Shown here: piece by piece, positions 61,245 to 64,000 of the stretch
Numbering within the stretch: position 1 is the first letter of the stretch
Layout of the letters: each line of letters starts with the position of its first letter
Assembly: GCF_004010195.1 (NCBI RefSeq)
Contig: NW_025215380.1
Location: forward strand, 108,428-172,427
Source: Chiloscyllium plagiosum
Taxonomy: Eukaryota
Direction of reading: 5' to 3'
DNA: 64,000 nucleotides
Translations under genes and position numbers: made by a program
Notes under the pieces: generated by a model
Database searches by the model: none
What the model was told of the DNA's origin: nothing
What the model saw: the letters and a program-made list of their open reading frames with translations, nothing else

Positions 61245-62940
61245 TAGAGTCACAGAGTCATAGAAATGTACAGCATAGAAACAGACTCTTCATCCCAACT
61301 CATCCATACTGACCAGATATGCTAAATTAATTTAGTCCCATTTACCAGCATTTGGTCCACGTCCCTCTAAACCCTTCCTATTCATATACCCATCCAAATG
61401 CCTTTTAAATGTTGTTGTACCAGCCTCCACCAGTCCCTCTGGCAGCTCATTCCATACACGCGCCACCCTCTGCATGAAAACCTTTTAAATCTTTCTGCTC
61501 TCACCTACACCTATGAGCTCTAGTTTCGGACTCCCACACCCTTGGGAAAAGACCTTGGCTATTCACCTGATTCATATCCCTCATGTAAGGTCATCCCTCA
61601 GCCTCCGGTTCTCCATGGATAACGGGCCCAGCTTAATCAGCTTCTCCCTATAGGTCAATTCCTCCAACCTTCTCAGTATCCTGTGAATACTTTCTGAACC
61701 TTTTTCAAGTTTCACAGCATCTTCCCTATAGCAGGGAGACTAGAATTGTACACAGTATTGCAAAAGTGGCCTAACCAATGCCCTGTACAACCACAACATG
61801 ACCTCCCAATTCCTATACTCAATGCTCTGACAATAAAGGAAAGCATATCAAATGCCATCTTCTCACTACCCTGTCTGCCTGTGACCCCACTTTTAAGGAA
61901 CCATAAACCTGTACTCCATTGTCTTTCTGTTCAGCAACACTGCCTAGGGCATTACTATTAAGTCTATAAGTCCGGCTCTAATTGCTTTCCCAAAATGCAG
62001 CACTTTGTATTTATCTAAATTAAACTCTATCTGCCACATCTCAGCCCAATTGGCCCATCTGATTAATATCCCATTGTATTCTGACATAACCTTCTTTACT
62101 GTCCAGTACATCATCAATTTTGGTGTCGTCTAAAAGCTTAATAACCATATCTCCAATGTTCACATTCAAATCCTTTATATAAATGATGAAAAGCAGTAGA
62201 CCCAGCACACTGTCTACATAGGCCTCTAATCTGAAAAACAACTTTCCACCACCACCTTCTGTCTTCTACTTTCGAGTCAATTTTGTATCTAAATGGCTAG
62301 TTCTCCCTGTTTTCCATGTGATCTAACCTGGCTAACCAGTCTACCACGTAGAACATTATCAAACCCTTAATGAAGCCCATATACACAATATCCACGCTCT
62401 TCCTTCATCAATCTTCTTTGTCAGCTATTCAAAAACACTCAATCATGTTAGTCAGGCATGATTTCCCATGCACAAAGCCATCTTGACTATTCTTAATCAG
62501 TCTTTGTTTTTTTCCAAATTCAAACAAATTCTGTCTCTCAGAATCTCCTCAAACATCTTACCCACTATTGACGTCAAGCTCATCAATCTATAATTCCTTG
62601 GCTTTTCCTTGCCACTTTTCTTAAATAATGACACCACTTAAGCCAAACCTCCAGTCTCTAGCACCTCAGCCACGGATTTTGATGAGACAAATATCTCAGC
62701 AAGGGGTCCAGCTATCTGGGGCCCACCTGATCACGACCTGAAGATTTATCCAACTTTCTGCATTTTAAGAAGCCCAGTACCTACTTCTCTTCATATGGAC
62801 TCTTTTCAAGGTATCACTATTATTTCCCCAAGTTCAGTAATTTCCATATCCTTCTCCACAGTAAACACTGATTGGAAATACTTGTTTAGTATCTCATCCA
62901 TCTCCTGTGATTCCACATGTAGGTGGCCTGGCTGATCTTT
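61245..62940 (-). mobile_element. CR1/HER1-type LINE ORF2 3' portion (decayed)
   Basis: EILNKYFQSVFT, SVLGLLLFIIYIKDL..DDTKI, HER1-type 3' UTR. Confidence 0.9.
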
Positions 62941-63049
62941 AAGGGACGAGAATGTGGTGCTGGAAAAGCACAGTACGCCAGGTAGCATCCGAGGAGCAGA
63001 AAAGTTGCTGTTTCGAGCAAAATCCCTTCATCAGGAATTCCTGATGAAT

Positions 63050-64000
63050 GTCAGAAGGAAATTAATTTAAATAAATGTGAGATGCTGTATTATGTAAAAG
63101 GAAATCAGGGCAGGACTCATACACTTAATAGTAAAGTCCTGGGGAGTGTTGCTGAACAGAGAGACCTTGGAATGCAGGTTCATAGTACCTTGAAAGTGGA
63201 GTCACAGGTATATAGGATAGTGAAGAAGGCATTTGGTATATTTTCCTTTATCATCAGAGTATTGAGTATAGGAGTTGGGAGCTCATGTTGTGGTTGTACA
63301 CGGCATTGGTTAGGCCACTTTTGGAATATTGTGTGCAATTCTGGTCTTCCTCCTATCAGAAGGATGTTGTAAAACTTGAAAGGCTTTCGAAAAGATTAAC
63401 AAGGATGTTGCCAGGGTAGGAAGGTTTGAACTTTGGCTTGAACTATAATCATGTCTCACAAACTTGATTGAGTTTTTTGAGGAAGTTACAAAGAGGATTG
63501 ATGAGGGCAGAGCAGTAGATGTGATCTATATGGGCTTCAGTAAGGCGTTCAACATGGGAGACTGATTAGCAAGGTTAGATCTCACAGAACACAGGGAGAA
63601 CTAGCCATTTGGATACAGAACTGGTTCAAAGGTAAAAGACAGAGGGTGGTAGTGAGGGTTGTTTTTCAGACTGGAGGCCTGTGACCAGTGGAGTGCCACA
63701 AGGTTCGGTGCTGGGTCCACTACTTTTTGTCATTTTCATAAATGATTTGGATGCAAGCATAAGAGGTACAGTTAGTAAGTTTGCAGATGACACCAAAATT
63801 GGAGGTGTAGTGGACAGCAAACAGGGTTACCTCAGATTACAACAGGATCTGGACCAGATGGGCCAATGGGCTGAGAAGTGGCAGATGGAGTTTAATTCAG
63901 ATAAATGAGAGGCGCTGCATTTTTGGAAAGCAAATATTAGCAGGATTCATACACTTAATGCTAAGGTCCTGGGAGTGTTGCTGAACAAATAGACCTTGGA
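63050..64000 (+). mobile_element. CR1/HER1-type LINE RT fragments
   Basis: TSGVPQGSVLGPLLFVIFINDLD..SKFADDTKIGG. Confidence 0.93.

Overview
Eukaryotic (elasmobranch/shark-type) genomic scaffold, judged from the HE1-type tRNA-derived SINEs, CR1/HER1-type LINE fragments and Penelope-like elements. It has three N-gaps (13326-13566, 21400-21704, 33906-34585). The right half (36.8-57.6 kb) holds a cluster made only of divergent, intronless histone genes, each with a 3' stem-loop. These are an H4 with four substitutions, an H2B with a long Ser/Ala- and Arg-rich N-tail, four intact and very different Arg-enriched H1-family genes, and a frameshifted fifth H1-like copy. One of the H1s has poly-Gln, a protamine-like tail and a Tyr6 run. 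No H2A or H3 was found. I infer a possible germ-line/sperm chromatin-packaging set at an H1-to-protamine-like stage. The left half contains the first coding exon of a SAPCD-family gene with an in-frame 30-bp minisatellite, 3' exons of an EEIG/FAM102-family gene on the opposite strand, and two tRNA relics. It also contains a predicted two-exon gene for a 122-aa type I membrane protein with an acidic Ser-Gly ectodomain and a Lys inside the TM helix. Many short palindromic Penelope-derived elements carry minimal hammerhead-ribozyme cores. All calls come from reading the sequence by eye; repeat boundaries are approximate and no database search was run.
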